A stretch of 64,000 nt of DNA, from the NCBI GenBank assembly GCA_963668315.1, contig OY764216.1, positions 2,720,001-2,784,000 on the forward strand. Reading direction: 5' to 3'. Source of the stretch: Spirochaetia bacterium. GTDB lineage: Bacteria; Spirochaetota; Spirochaetia; DSM-2461. The notes below the pieces were generated by a model, which saw nothing but the letters and a program-made list of their open reading frames with translations, was not told the origin of the DNA and searched no databases. The position numbers and the translations under genes were made by a program. This document shows positions 47,915-58,207 of this stretch, in pieces; within the stretch, counting starts at the first letter, position 1, and every line of letters begins with the position of its first letter.

Positions 47915-48862
47915 ATGTCAAATGCGCTGGAAGAATTCTCCAAAGAGAAAAAGAAATCAACCATACTCATTAAAAGTGTCAGGAAACACTGGCAGCTGTA
48001 TCTTCTGCTCCTGTTTCCCCTGGTATGGCTCGCGGTTTTCAAGTACGCCCCTATGTACGGAGCCCAGATCGCCTTTCGCAATTTTTCCGTAAAAAAGGGG
48101 ATCTGGGGCAGCCCCTGGGTCGGATTCACCCATTTTCAGCGTTTCTTCACCTCCCACCAGTTCTGGCGGCTCATCGGGAACACCCTGGGAATCAGCGTCT
48201 ATCAGCTTATTGTCACCTTTCCCTTTCCCATTATATTGGCCATCTCCCTGAATGAAGTTAAAAACCGCACCTTCAAGAAGACCATGCAGATGGTGACCTA
48301 CGCTCCCTATTTCATCTCCACGGTCGTTCTGGTTTCCATGATGATGCAGGTCCTTTCCCCCCATAACGGACTTATGGCCATGGTATACCGGCTCATGGAG
48401 AAGGACCCGGTCAATATCATGGGAGTCCCGGAATACTTCAAGTCACTTTATGTCTGGTCGAGCGCCTGGCAGTTCACCGGGTATACGGCCATCCTTTATC
48501 TGGCGGCCCTCTCTTCCATCGACCCCAGCCAGCACGAGGCAGCCATTATCGACGGGGCCATCAAGATCCAGAGAATCTGGTACATCGACATTCCCGGCAT
48601 CATGCCGACGGTGGTGATACTGCTCATCCTCAACGTGGGCCAGATCATGAATATCGGCTTCGAGAAGGTCTACCTCATGCAGAATCCCCTGAATATGCGT
48701 ACTTCCGACATCATAGCCACCTATGTCTACCGCATGGGGCTGGAGAGCGCCCAGTACAGCTTTTCCACGGCCGTGGGCATCTTCAATTCCGTAGTGAATC
48801 TGATTCTCCTCGTCTCGGTAAATAAAATCGCGACCAGGCTTTCCGGCAAAGGGCTTTGGTAG
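47915..48862 (+). CDS. ABC permease (LplB/YteP-like)
   Basis: YAPMYG.QIAF, SPWVGF, YAPYFIST, EAAIIDGA. Confidence 0.92.
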   Translation: MSNALEEFSKEKKKSTILIKSVRKHWQLYLLLLFPLVWLAVFKYAPMYGAQIAFRNFSVKKGIWGSPWVGFTHFQRFFTSHQFWRLIGNTLGISVYQLIVTFPFPIILAISLNEVKNRTFKKTMQMVTYAPYFISTVVLVSMMMQVLSPHNGLMAMVYRLMEKDPVNIMGVPEYFKSLYVWSSAWQFTGYTAILYLAALSSIDPSQHEAAIIDGAIKIQRIWYIDIPGIMPTVVILLILNVGQIMNIGFEKVYLMQNPLNMRTSDIIATYVYRMGLESAQYSFSTAVGIFNSVVNLILLVSVNKIATRLSGKGLW

Positions 48863-48871
48863 GAGGAACCC

Positions 48872-49759
48872 ATGAATATTAGAGAAACCAGAAGCGACGT
48901 CATCTTCAACCATGTCAATACGACTCTCCTCATCCTGGGGTTCATCGTTATCGCCTATCCCCTGCTGTATATCGTCAGTTCTTCCTTCAGTTCCACCCAG
49001 GCTGTCATCTCGGGACAGGTCTGGCTTTTTCCCGTGGAACCCAGCCTGGACGGCTATAAAGCCATTTTCAAGCATGACGATGTGTGGTCGGGATATTTCA
49101 ACAGCTTTTTCTATGCCCTGTTCGGAACGATCATCAATATCAGCTTTACCATCGCCGCCGCCTATCCCCTGTCCCGGAAGAATCTGGTGGGGAAGGGCCC
49201 CATCATCGCCCTGTTTGTTTTCACCATGATCTTCAACGGCGGTCTGATTCCCTATTACATGGTCATAAGGAATGTGGGAATCCTCAATACCCGCTGGGCC
49301 ATGCTGCTTCCCCAGGCCATCCAGGTCTGGAATCTGATGATCGCCCTGACCTATTTCCGGCAGAACATACCCGAGGCCCTCTATGATGCGGCCGAGATTG
49401 ACGGTGCATCCGACCTCTATGTTCTGACCCGCATCGTGATTCCCCTTTCGGGCCCTATTATCGCCGTTCTGGTGCTCTTCTATGCCGTGTATCACTGGAA
49501 CAGTTATTTTGAAGCCATGATTTTCCTGAAGGAGGATCAGCTCTTTCCCCTGCAGATCATTCTCCGGAATATTCTCATCGAGAATCAGTTCGATCCCGAG
49601 ATGTTCCAGGATATCGAGCGTATCAAGAGAATGCAGGGGTTGAGGGATCTTCTTAAGTATTCTCTTATCATAGTGGCCAGCCTGCCCGTTTTGATTATCT
49701 ATCCCTTCGTACAGAAATATTTTATCCGCGGCGTTATGATAGGCGCCCTGAAGGGATGA
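48872..49759 (+). CDS. ABC permease (LplC-like)
   Basis: AYPLSR, FNGGLIP, AAEIDGA, YPFVQKYF. Confidence 0.92.
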   Translation: MNIRETRSDVIFNHVNTTLLILGFIVIAYPLLYIVSSSFSSTQAVISGQVWLFPVEPSLDGYKAIFKHDDVWSGYFNSFFYALFGTIINISFTIAAAYPLSRKNLVGKGPIIALFVFTMIFNGGLIPYYMVIRNVGILNTRWAMLLPQAIQVWNLMIALTYFRQNIPEALYDAAEIDGASDLYVLTRIVIPLSGPIIAVLVLFYAVYHWNSYFEAMIFLKEDQLFPLQIILRNILIENQFDPEMFQDIERIKRMQGLRDLLKYSLIIVASLPVLIIYPFVQKYFIRGVMIGALKG

Positions 49760-49816
49760 TCCCCTGTTCGGATTCCAGCCGATTCGTAGAGTCGGAATAA
49801 AATAGGAGGAAGTTTA

Positions 49817-51496
49817 ATGAAAAAGATCGCTGTCGTGCTGATTCTTTGTCTGATGGGCGGCCTGTCCGTCTTCGGGAACGGGAAGGAGGAAGCCGGTTCG
49901 TCAAAGGGGTCGGTGGAAGTTAATCCCGCCGGAACCTTTCCCATTGTGGATGACAAGGTTACCCTGACTTTTTTCGCCCGGAAGAATTCCCAGGTCGAGG
50001 ATCTGGAGACGAATGAATTCACCAGGTATTACGAGGAGAAGACCAATATCCATATTAATTGGGAACTGGCCCCCGAGAATGCCTATCACGAGAAGAAAAA
50101 GCTGTCCATCGTATCGGGCGATTATCCCGACGTCTTCTTCGGAACGAATATGAATGAATCGGAACAGCTGCAGTACGGTGTGAACGACGGTGTTTTCATT
50201 CCCCTTAACGATCTGATTGACAAGTACGGTGTGGAAATAAAGAAAATGTTTGACGAGGTGGACTATATCAAACCCTCCATCACGGCGCCGGACGGCCATA
50301 TCTACGGACTTCCCCAGGTGAATGAATGCTACCACTGTATGTTCTCCCAGAAATTGTGGATAAACCGGTTCTGGCTGGAGAATCTGGGACTGGATATGCC
50401 CACCACGACCGATGAGTTCTATGAAGTCCTGAAAGCCTTCAAAGAGAAGGATCCCAACGGGAACGGCATCGCCGATGAAATCCCCCTCTCCGGTGCGGTG
50501 GATAACTGGCACACCAATATCGACGGTTTCATTATGAATGCCTTTACCTACAATAACTCCGAAGGTTTTACCTTCAGCCCCACCGATGCCAGGCTCATGG
50601 TGGATGCGAAAGGAAAGGTCTGGGCCCCCTATGTGACGGAAGAGTGGCGTGACGGCCTTCGCTATCTGAACAAGCTCTACCGGGAAGGACTGGTTGATCC
50701 CTCGGCCATGACCCAGCAGCAGACCGAGCTCCAGACCCTGGGCGAACATCCGGATGTACAGATTCTCGGCGCCGTCGCCTCCGGATGGTTCGGCGTTTTC
50801 ACCAGCCTGGAAGGGGAGAACATGAAGGCCTACGCCGCCCTGCCTCCCCTCAAAGGCCCCAAGGGATTCCAGGCCTCCGCCTATTATCCCTACTCCTTCA
50901 CCCACGGCGAGTTTGTTATCACCGACGCCTGTGAGAATCCCGCCGCCGCCCTGCGCTACGCCGACGACCTTTACAGTCTGGATAATGCCCTCCGCTATAT
51001 TGAAGCGGGACGTCCCGGCGTGGAGTGGCGCGATGCCGAACCGGGCGAACTGGACCTGGAAGGCAAGCAGGCCAAGTGGGCCCGCCTGGAAACAACCTAC
51101 AAGTACAACGAGATTCAGAATGTCCATTACTACCAGATGGGACCCAGCTGGCGTTCGGCCAATTACCGCCGCTCCTGGAGTTACGATCAGGATATGTACT
51201 CCTCCAACGGTTATGAAACCAGGCTTTTTGTCCAGAGCCAGACTTACGAGCCCTTCGCTCCTCCCTGGAATTTCATCTATCCCAAGGTGTTCCCCATCCC
51301 CGAGTACGTGGATGAGACATCCCAGCTGGTCACGGAAGTCAACGACTATCTGAACGAGACCATCGCCCGTTTCATATCCGGCGACATGGATGTGGAGCAG
51401 GACTGGGACAAATACCTGACGGAAATGGAAAGTGTCGGGCTGAGCCGTCTTATTGAACTCAAGCAGATGGCATACGACGCTCAGTACGGGGGCTGA
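49817..51496 (+). CDS. Solute-binding protein (LplA-like)
   Basis: Signal peptide ...FGNGKEE, SGDYPD, KDPNGNGIADEIP. Confidence 0.9.
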   Translation: MKKIAVVLILCLMGGLSVFGNGKEEAGSSKGSVEVNPAGTFPIVDDKVTLTFFARKNSQVEDLETNEFTRYYEEKTNIHINWELAPENAYHEKKKLSIVSGDYPDVFFGTNMNESEQLQYGVNDGVFIPLNDLIDKYGVEIKKMFDEVDYIKPSITAPDGHIYGLPQVNECYHCMFSQKLWINRFWLENLGLDMPTTTDEFYEVLKAFKEKDPNGNGIADEIPLSGAVDNWHTNIDGFIMNAFTYNNSEGFTFSPTDARLMVDAKGKVWAPYVTEEWRDGLRYLNKLYREGLVDPSAMTQQQTELQTLGEHPDVQILGAVASGWFGVFTSLEGENMKAYAALPPLKGPKGFQASAYYPYSFTHGEFVITDACENPAAALRYADDLYSLDNALRYIEAGRPGVEWRDAEPGELDLEGKQAKWARLETTYKYNEIQNVHYYQMGPSWRSANYRRSWSYDQDMYSSNGYETRLFVQSQTYEPFAPPWNFIYPKVFPIPEYVDETSQLVTEVNDYLNETIARFISGDMDVEQDWDKYLTEMESVGLSRLIELKQMAYDAQYGG

Positions 51497-51522
51497 TTCT
51501 TCTCTCCGGATTTTAGTTTGCA

Positions 51523-51552
51523 GAGCCGGTTCTTACGGGAGCCGGCTCTTTT
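51523..51552 (+). terminator. Hairpin after SBP gene
   Basis: AGAGCCGG...CCGGCTCT + TTT. Confidence 0.55.
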
Positions 51553-51571
51553 AGGGGAACGGGAGGTTTTT

Positions 51572-52882
51572 ATGTTGGCGAAAAAAGATTATGAAGAGAT
51601 GATCGATTCCACCAGGGATCGGAGAATGGCCTGGTGGAGGGAAGCCCGGTTCGGTATGTTTGTCCATTACGGGCTTCATACGCAGATAGGAAGGAACGAA
51701 TGGGTCATGTCCCTGGAAAACATACCCATTGAAGAGTATGAGAAAATGGCCGATTCCTTTCTGCCCAAGCCGGGGGCGCCCGAAGAGTGGGCCGCTCTGG
51801 CGAAGAAGGCGGGCATGAAATACATGGTTCTCACCACGCGACACCACGAGGGTTTCAGCCTGTGGGATTCCAAAACTAACCCTTATAACTCGGTGAACTT
51901 CGGGGCAAAGAGGGATATCGTCAGGGAATTTGTGGAGGCCTGCCGAAAATACGACCTGAAAATCGGCTTTTACTCCTCCCTGATGGACTGGCATCACCCG
52001 GACGGATGGAAATGCGCCTTCGATCCCGAAGCCAGAAGACGGTTTAACCGGTATATATGGGATTTGAACACGGAGCTTCTGACCCAGTACGGGAAAATCG
52101 ATATCCTGTGGTACGACGTGGCCCTTCCCATGGAGACCTGGGAAGGGTGGAATTCCCTGGCCATGAATCAGCATCTCCGGTCCCTTCAGCCCCATCTCAT
52201 CATCAATGACCGGTCCCGCCTGGATGAGGATTTCGGAACACCCGAGGAGCATATCAAGGCATCGGACAGGGACTGGGAGGCGTGCATGACCTTTAACGGC
52301 ATCAGCTGGGGCTACCTGGACAGCAGCCAGGCCCTGCCTTTCAGCTATAACGCCCCCCGCATTCTGAAAATGCTCAATACCTGCGCGGGGCAGGGGGGGA
52401 ATCTGCTTTTGAATATCGGCCCCCGCCCGGACGGCTCCGTTCCCGAGGAAGCGGTGGAGCCTCTGATGCAGGTGGGAAGGTGGCTCGAGGAGAACGGGGA
52501 GGCGGTCTACGGCAGGCTGAACCGAAACGGAGGGTTCCTGAACGGGGAGTTCGGGGGAAACGGGGTCTGCTGGTCCACCTGCCGGGATAATTCGGTATAT
52601 CTGTGGAATACCATCTGGCCCGATTCGGGAACCATGGGGATCGGAGGCTACAGGAAAGCGCCCCGGAAAATCACTCTGCTCAAGGATGGCCGGTCTCTGG
52701 ATTTTGAACACAGGGGGCACCGGATCCTCATTAAGAACCTCCCCGGGAAAAAGCCCGATTCCCATACGGGCGTCTCGGTCATTAAGATGGAGTTTGACGG
52801 GAACCCCGATTACCTTTTCGCCAGCTACTATCCCCAGCTACACGGGGGAAGCGATAGAACGGGAGAGGAAGGGAGAATCTGA
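51572..52882 (+). CDS. GH29 alpha-L-fucosidase
   Basis: WWREARFGMFVHYG, AGMKYMVLTTRHHEGFSLWDS, ILWYD, NLLLNIGP. Confidence 0.92.
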   Translation: MLAKKDYEEMIDSTRDRRMAWWREARFGMFVHYGLHTQIGRNEWVMSLENIPIEEYEKMADSFLPKPGAPEEWAALAKKAGMKYMVLTTRHHEGFSLWDSKTNPYNSVNFGAKRDIVREFVEACRKYDLKIGFYSSLMDWHHPDGWKCAFDPEARRRFNRYIWDLNTELLTQYGKIDILWYDVALPMETWEGWNSLAMNQHLRSLQPHLIINDRSRLDEDFGTPEEHIKASDRDWEACMTFNGISWGYLDSSQALPFSYNAPRILKMLNTCAGQGGNLLLNIGPRPDGSVPEEAVEPLMQVGRWLEENGEAVYGRLNRNGGFLNGEFGGNGVCWSTCRDNSVYLWNTIWPDSGTMGIGGYRKAPRKITLLKDGRSLDFEHRGHRILIKNLPGKKPDSHTGVSVIKMEFDGNPDYLFASYYPQLHGGSDRTGEEGRI

Positions 52883-52916
52883 AAAACGGGATATAATGAA
52901 AGGGGGAGGGGAATCG

Positions 52917-53960
52917 ATGGATTTTATGCCGGGACTGACATTGAACAGAAGATACTACATCGAAGCGGTAAAGCCTCTTCTGGACAGGGCCTTTCCCGGT
53001 CTGTCCTATTCCGCTTCCCTGCTGGGGTACGGGTCGGATGTTCTCGGGCTTGATAACCGGACCTCCATGGATCATAACTGGGGGCCCCGGTTCACCCTTT
53101 TTCTCGATGACAGGGACTGGGACCGTAAGGAGGACATCGATCTGTTTCTTCGGAACAGTCTGCCCTTCGAGTTTGAGTCCTTCCCTACAAATTTTACCGA
53201 TCCCCGGTATGATGGGACTCAGTCCATGATGTTCAAGGCTTCCTATCCCCTCAGGCATCTGATTGAAATTGTCAATATCGCCGATTATTTCCGGGAGCAG
53301 CTCTCCCTGGATAATCCGGAGGAGATCTCTCCGGCCGACTGGCTCTTCTTCAAGGACCAGATTCTTCTGGAACTGACTTCGGGGGACGTTTTTTATGACG
53401 GACTGGGAAAGCTCAACCCCATCAGGGCCAGACTGCAATTCTATCCAGTGGATGTGCTTAAGGTAAAGCTGGCCTCCCTCTGGCTTTCCCTCTCAAACGA
53501 AGAGGCCTTTATCGGCCGGTGCATTGAATTGGGTGATTTTGTCGGGCTGAAACTGATAGCAGGCCGAATCGTCTCCACTATCATGAAGATCTCCTTCTAT
53601 CTTGAGGGGCGCTACATTCCCTACAGCAAGTGGTTCGGAACCCTATACGGCAGGACGGAAAATTCCCGAGTCCTTCTGCCCCTGATCTCATCGATCCTGA
53701 GGGAGAATGAGATGGAGCCCATTCAGGAGAAACTCTGCGATCTTTATGAAACCGTCGTAGACCTGCATAACCGGGCGGAAGGGCTTCCCCCTCTGGATAA
53801 TACCGTCCGCCCCTATTTCGGAAGGCCCTATAAGGTCATATTGGCAGAAAGGATCGTCAGAAAACTGATTGACTCAGTGGGGGACGAAGGATTGAGGAAA
53901 ACCGACCTGAACGGTGTCGCCCTGGATATCAAGATCGAATCCATAGACGCCACCGGCTGA
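52917..53960 (+). CDS. DUF4037-type protein (nucleotidyltransferase-like fold suspected)
   Basis: LGYGSDVLGLD...DHNWGP, G.VFYDGLG, YIPYSKW. Confidence 0.7.
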   Translation: MDFMPGLTLNRRYYIEAVKPLLDRAFPGLSYSASLLGYGSDVLGLDNRTSMDHNWGPRFTLFLDDRDWDRKEDIDLFLRNSLPFEFESFPTNFTDPRYDGTQSMMFKASYPLRHLIEIVNIADYFREQLSLDNPEEISPADWLFFKDQILLELTSGDVFYDGLGKLNPIRARLQFYPVDVLKVKLASLWLSLSNEEAFIGRCIELGDFVGLKLIAGRIVSTIMKISFYLEGRYIPYSKWFGTLYGRTENSRVLLPLISSILRENEMEPIQEKLCDLYETVVDLHNRAEGLPPLDNTVRPYFGRPYKVILAERIVRKLIDSVGDEGLRKTDLNGVALDIKIESIDATG

Positions 53961-53997
53961 ATGAATCGGGAAAGGGCGGGATAAGACTTCCGAAGGC

Positions 53998-55185
53998 TTA
54001 AATCGCCACGGATTTGCGGAAGGAGGAGGGGCTTATCCCTTCGTATCTTTTAAACAAGCGGTAGAACGTGACCCTGTTGGGAATTCCGACCATCCGCCCG
54101 ATATCCTCGATGCTTTTCCGGGTTCCCAGAAGAAGGGCTTTCGCTTTTCTTATTTGAACCAGACCGATGTAATCCACCAGGGATTCCCCGGTCTCTTCCT
54201 TGAAAATGCGGGCGGTATAGTTCTTGGAAAGCGCCAGGTGGGAAGAGATGTCTTCAAGATACAGGCCTTTCGGATAATTCTCTTCGACATATTTAATGAT
54301 AAGTGCGACCGTATTCTCCGGTATCTCCCCGCCGCTGGGCCGTGTTAACTGTAGGACCCTTTTGTAGATGGCGATAAGTCTGTCCAGTTTATCCTTTGCG
54401 GAACAAATGGGAATATTATCGGAGTTGAAGAGGAGCATCTCCTCCTCGTCAGCGATCTTCTGTATGGTAAAACCCATTTCTCCCGCATAGCGTACCGCCT
54501 TGTCGAAGAGCTGGGAAAAGAGAATATTCATGTGTTTATAGGAGAGGTCATTTGCCTCATTGGAGAGGACAATCTCCTTCAAAAGTTCCGTTATTTTGTC
54601 CCCGTCCTGTCTGCCCAGATAACTGACGATCATGTTCTCCTGCTTGAAGGTGTAGTTGATCTCGTAGGAAATAGTGATCCAGTCGGCATCAATTACCTGC
54701 AGAGCCTTTATCGGTTCCCTTTTTTCTACGGCGTTTATCCCGTCGCTGAAGGATTTCCACAAATGCCCCAGCCCCTCTACGCAGCGGCCTATACCTAGGG
54801 CGGCCGAAATAGGGGGGGCTGACAGGGAATGGGAAGAGAGCCCTTTCATAAGGAGGTTTTTCTCCTCCTCTGCGGTTAGATTCACGATGTGGATGATTAT
54901 GTCATCCCGGGGGATGAGCCGGTAGGAGGGACCACTCATACTGATTTTCTTCTCTATCCTCCGGGCGATGGCCTGGGCCGTTTCAGGACCTTCCGGCTGG
55001 GAATCCCTATCTGACGGGCTGCTGAGAAGAGTGACGCAGCAGAGATAGATGGGACCGGAAAAAGCGAGTGACCTGCGGCAGTGCTCTTCGAAAGTTTCCG
55101 GCTCTTTATGGCTCAGCCCTTTCAGGAGCCGGTAGAAGTTTATGTCAAAATAGTCTTTGGTCAGGGTATTTTTCAAATCATCCAT
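53998..55185 (-). CDS. AraC-family regulator
   Basis: C-terminal double HTH (IFKEETGESL..VGIPNRVTFYRLFKRYEGISP); start uncertain (55185/55206). Confidence 0.85.
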   Translation of the reverse strand: MDDLKNTLTKDYFDINFYRLLKGLSHKEPETFEEHCRRSLAFSGPIYLCCVTLLSSPSDRDSQPEGPETAQAIARRIEKKISMSGPSYRLIPRDDIIIHIVNLTAEEEKNLLMKGLSSHSLSAPPISAALGIGRCVEGLGHLWKSFSDGINAVEKREPIKALQVIDADWITISYEINYTFKQENMIVSYLGRQDGDKITELLKEIVLSNEANDLSYKHMNILFSQLFDKAVRYAGEMGFTIQKIADEEEMLLFNSDNIPICSAKDKLDRLIAIYKRVLQLTRPSGGEIPENTVALIIKYVEENYPKGLYLEDISSHLALSKNYTARIFKEETGESLVDYIGLVQIRKAKALLLGTRKSIEDIGRMVGIPNRVTFYRLFKRYEGISPSSFRKSVAI

Positions 55186-55399
55186 TCTGTGACCGGTAGA
55201 ATACATTGTTTTATGGTCACAATTCAATGATTTCCCTCCGTCCATTCTGTAAAATTTCCCATGGGAGTTTGTAAATTGCAACAAAATGGAGGAAATTGAT
55301 ACGTTCCGCCTATTGTCCGTTTTCCCCAATCGGGATCATCATGATTACCAGTATGCCTTGTCCTTTGATGAGGCCGAAAATATTAAGGAGAATCCTACC

Positions 55400-55759
55400 A
55401 TGAAAAAACATACTTTCCTTCTGATTGCTCTCTCTCTCGCGGTTTGCGCAGTGGCTTTAATGACAACCAGCTGCGGCGGAAGCAGCTACACTCCCGGTGA
55501 ATATTCGTCTTCTTCCAAAGCCGTACACGGCGATGTAACGGTAACTCTTACGGTCAGTGAGAAGAAAATCACCGGTGTCGACATCAAAGAGAGCGGGGAG
55601 GAGAACAGTTTTGCCGCCGGAGCTTACGAGACCATGACTCAGCAGATCATTAAAAAGCAGTCCGCCGATATTGACGGCGTAACCGGCGCTACCATCTCTA
55701 CTACCGCTGTTAAGACGGCTGCCGCCGCCGCTCTGGCCGAAGCCTCGGCGGGAAAATAA
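55400..55759 (+). CDS. FMN-binding domain lipoprotein
   Basis: AAGGAG SD, lipobox-like TTSC, DGVTGATIST flavinylation motif. Confidence 0.85.
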   Translation: MKKHTFLLIALSLAVCAVALMTTSCGGSSYTPGEYSSSSKAVHGDVTVTLTVSEKKITGVDIKESGEENSFAAGAYETMTQQIIKKQSADIDGVTGATISTTAVKTAAAAALAEASAGK

Positions 55760-55792
55760 CATTTCCGCTTCGTTATTTAACTAAACAGAATG

Positions 55793-55829
55793 GGGGAAAA
55801 TGCTCTTGCAGTATTTTCCCCTTTTTTTT
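55793..55829 (+). terminator. Intrinsic terminator
   Basis: GGGGAAAATGC...GTATTTTCCCC + T8. Confidence 0.8.
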
Positions 55830-55946
55830 CTGTAATGGGACGTTTTTTACAGCCGGTCCGGATTTGAAACGGGCGGGACTTCCTTTCCCGGGATGAATAT
55901 GATAAAATTCCCCATCCATCAACCGCTACGTGCAAGAGGAAGAGTC

Positions 55947-56903
55947 ATGAAAATTGTGGTACTCGACGGCTATACGCTGAATCCCGGGGATCTATCCTGG
56001 GAGGATTGGAAAAGCCTGGGTGATTTTACTTACTATGACCGGACGGAACCGGATGATATCATAAGCCGGATAGGGATCTCCGAAGCTGTTATCACCAATA
56101 AGACTCCCATAACTGAAGAAATCCTGGAAGCCTGTCCTTCCGTGAAATACATAGGTGTCCTGGCAACGGGATATAATGTGGTGGACGGAGATGCGGCGGC
56201 AGCCCGGGGAATCCCCGTATGCAATATCCCCAGCTACGGCACCGATGCGGTCGCCCAGTTTGTTTTCGCCCTGCTTCTGAATATCTGCCACCGTGTCCAG
56301 GATCATTCCCGTTCCGTCCACGAAGGGCGCTGGTCGCAAAGCGTTGATTTCTGCTACTGGCTCACTCCCCAGACGGAACTGGCGGGCAAGACCATGGGAA
56401 TTATCGGCTACGGACGCATAGGCCGGGCCACTGCAAAAATCGCCCGGGCCTTCGGAATGGACGTTCTGGCTTACAGCAGAAGCCGCAAAGAGAAGTACGG
56501 CAGGGATGACGTGTTCTTCGCTTCCCTGGAGGACGTTCTGTCCCGATCGGATGTGATCTCCCTCCATTGCCCTCTCTTTCCCGAGACGGAAGGGCTTATC
56601 AACAGGGATGCCATCGGGAAGATGAAGGAGGGGGTTATCCTGATCAATACGGCCCGCGGAGGGCTTGTGGTGGAACAGGACCTGGCCGACGGGCTGAACA
56701 GAGGAAAAATCAGAGCCGCCGGACTGGATGTCGTCTCCACCGAACCGATCGGGGAGGACAATGTTCTTCTCAGGGCAAAGAACTGCTTCATCACCCCCCA
56801 TATCGCCTGGGCTCCCCTGGAATCAAGGGCCCGCCTGATGAAGATTGCCGTGGACAATCTGAAAGCTTTCATGGAAGGCAAGGCGATAAACCGGGTAAAC
56901 TGA
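55947..56903 (+). CDS. D-2-hydroxyacid dehydrogenase (glycerate dehydrogenase/hydroxypyruvate reductase-like)
   Basis: MKIVVLDGYTLNPGDLSW, ATGYN, GIIGYGRIG, INTARG, TPHIAW. Confidence 0.92.
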   Translation: MKIVVLDGYTLNPGDLSWEDWKSLGDFTYYDRTEPDDIISRIGISEAVITNKTPITEEILEACPSVKYIGVLATGYNVVDGDAAAARGIPVCNIPSYGTDAVAQFVFALLLNICHRVQDHSRSVHEGRWSQSVDFCYWLTPQTELAGKTMGIIGYGRIGRATAKIARAFGMDVLAYSRSRKEKYGRDDVFFASLEDVLSRSDVISLHCPLFPETEGLINRDAIGKMKEGVILINTARGGLVVEQDLADGLNRGKIRAAGLDVVSTEPIGEDNVLLRAKNCFITPHIAWAPLESRARLMKIAVDNLKAFMEGKAINRVN

Positions 56904-57592
56904 TGACCTATTATGAAGTTTTGAATCCGGCTGAATGTGTGGGGCTCGAGTTTGATATCCTCCTCTCCCTGGGGTGGTATCCCATGGAGCAGAGTATCTT
57001 CACCACGTCCCATCTTTTCCGGGATGACGGATCGGTTCCGCCCCGCGTTCACTGGCTCCGTTATTCCGTCCCGTCGGTCGGCGAAAAGAGTTCCCACAGG
57101 CGGATCAGGAAAAAAAACGGGATATTCACGGCGGAAATTGTCGATTCTTTCAGCCATGACAGCCGTCTGGACGATCTTTACCGCAAGTATCTGGATTCGG
57201 TGGATTTCGACGGATATGCCGATATCTCCCAGGCCACATACAAAAGGGACGGCCGTAATATCTATGATACCAAAACAATTATAATACGGGACGGGGAGAC
57301 CCTCGTCTCCTGCGGGATTTTTCACCGGGGAGAGAGGTCGGTCGCTTCCATTCTCCATTTTTTCGATCCCGCATACCGCCGTTTCAGTCCCGGAAAATAT
57401 CTGATACTGAAGACGCTGGATTATTGCCGGGAGCAGGGGATCGCCTGGTATTATCCGGGTTATGTCATTCAGGGGAATCCCAAGATGGACTATAAACTCT
57501 TCCTGGGAGAGAATACGGTGGAATACTACCTGCCCGAGCCTGATCCGTTACACGGCACGTGGATGCCGTTCACCCGGGATATTCTGAATTGA
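56903..57592 (+). CDS. ATE1/Bpt-like aminoacyl-tRNA--protein transferase
   Basis: TGATG coupling; SILHFFDP..FSPGKY..YYPGYVIQGNPKMDYK resembles the ATE C-terminal motif. Confidence 0.7.
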   Translation: MTYYEVLNPAECVGLEFDILLSLGWYPMEQSIFTTSHLFRDDGSVPPRVHWLRYSVPSVGEKSSHRRIRKKNGIFTAEIVDSFSHDSRLDDLYRKYLDSVDFDGYADISQATYKRDGRNIYDTKTIIIRDGETLVSCGIFHRGERSVASILHFFDPAYRRFSPGKYLILKTLDYCREQGIAWYYPGYVIQGNPKMDYKLFLGENTVEYYLPEPDPLHGTWMPFTRDILN

Positions 57593-57628
57593 ATTTTATA
57601 CTTTCAACCACTAAAAGGGGTAAGCAAA

Positions 57629-58207
57629 TTGTATCTTGACGACGATCACTATGAAGAGGCCAGCTTTTCGAATGAAGATTTTTCCGGGGAAGATCTTTCC
57701 GATAGGGAGTTCAGCGACTGCCTCTTTAGGGACTGTAATTTTTCGAACACCATCATGAATGGAATTTATCTTGATTCCTGCCGTTTCATCTCCTGCAATC
57801 TCAGTAATGCCTCTCTGCGGGATGCCAAATTCCTGGGCGTGGAATTTCAGGAATCCAAGCTCCTCGGCATCAAGTTCTTCGAATGCAGCAGCTACTCCTT
57901 TGATATTCAAATGGTTCGTTCCCATTTGACCCTGTGTAATTTTTCCGATCTGAAAATGAAAAAAAGCCGCTTTCTGGGATGCACTCTGAAGGAGTGCTAT
58001 TTTCAGAACAGCTATCTGGCGGAAGCCGATTTTTCCCGTTCCGAATTCTCACAGACCCTATTTCATAACAGCGACATTAGTAAGGCCGATTTTACCAATG
58101 CCGTGGGGTACAATATCGATCCCTTGGTCAACAAGGTGAAAAAAGCCCGTTTTTCCTCCCCGGAAGTTCTGAATCTTCTGGCTCCCTTCGATATCAAAAT
58201 TGATTGA
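57629..58207 (+). CDS. Pentapeptide-repeat protein
   Basis: Regular x-x-F/L-x-x repeats (FSDCLFRDCNFSN...ADFT). Confidence 0.88.
   Translation: MYLDDDHYEEASFSNEDFSGEDLSDREFSDCLFRDCNFSNTIMNGIYLDSCRFISCNLSNASLRDAKFLGVEFQESKLLGIKFFECSSYSFDIQMVRSHLTLCNFSDLKMKKSRFLGCTLKECYFQNSYLAEADFSRSEFSQTLFHNSDISKADFTNAVGYNIDPLVNKVKKARFSSPEVLNLLAPFDIKID

Noticed and set aside
57629..58207. Qnr-type quinolone resistance gene
   Set aside because: Generic pentapeptide repeats only; no mobile context or Qnr-specific features recognised.
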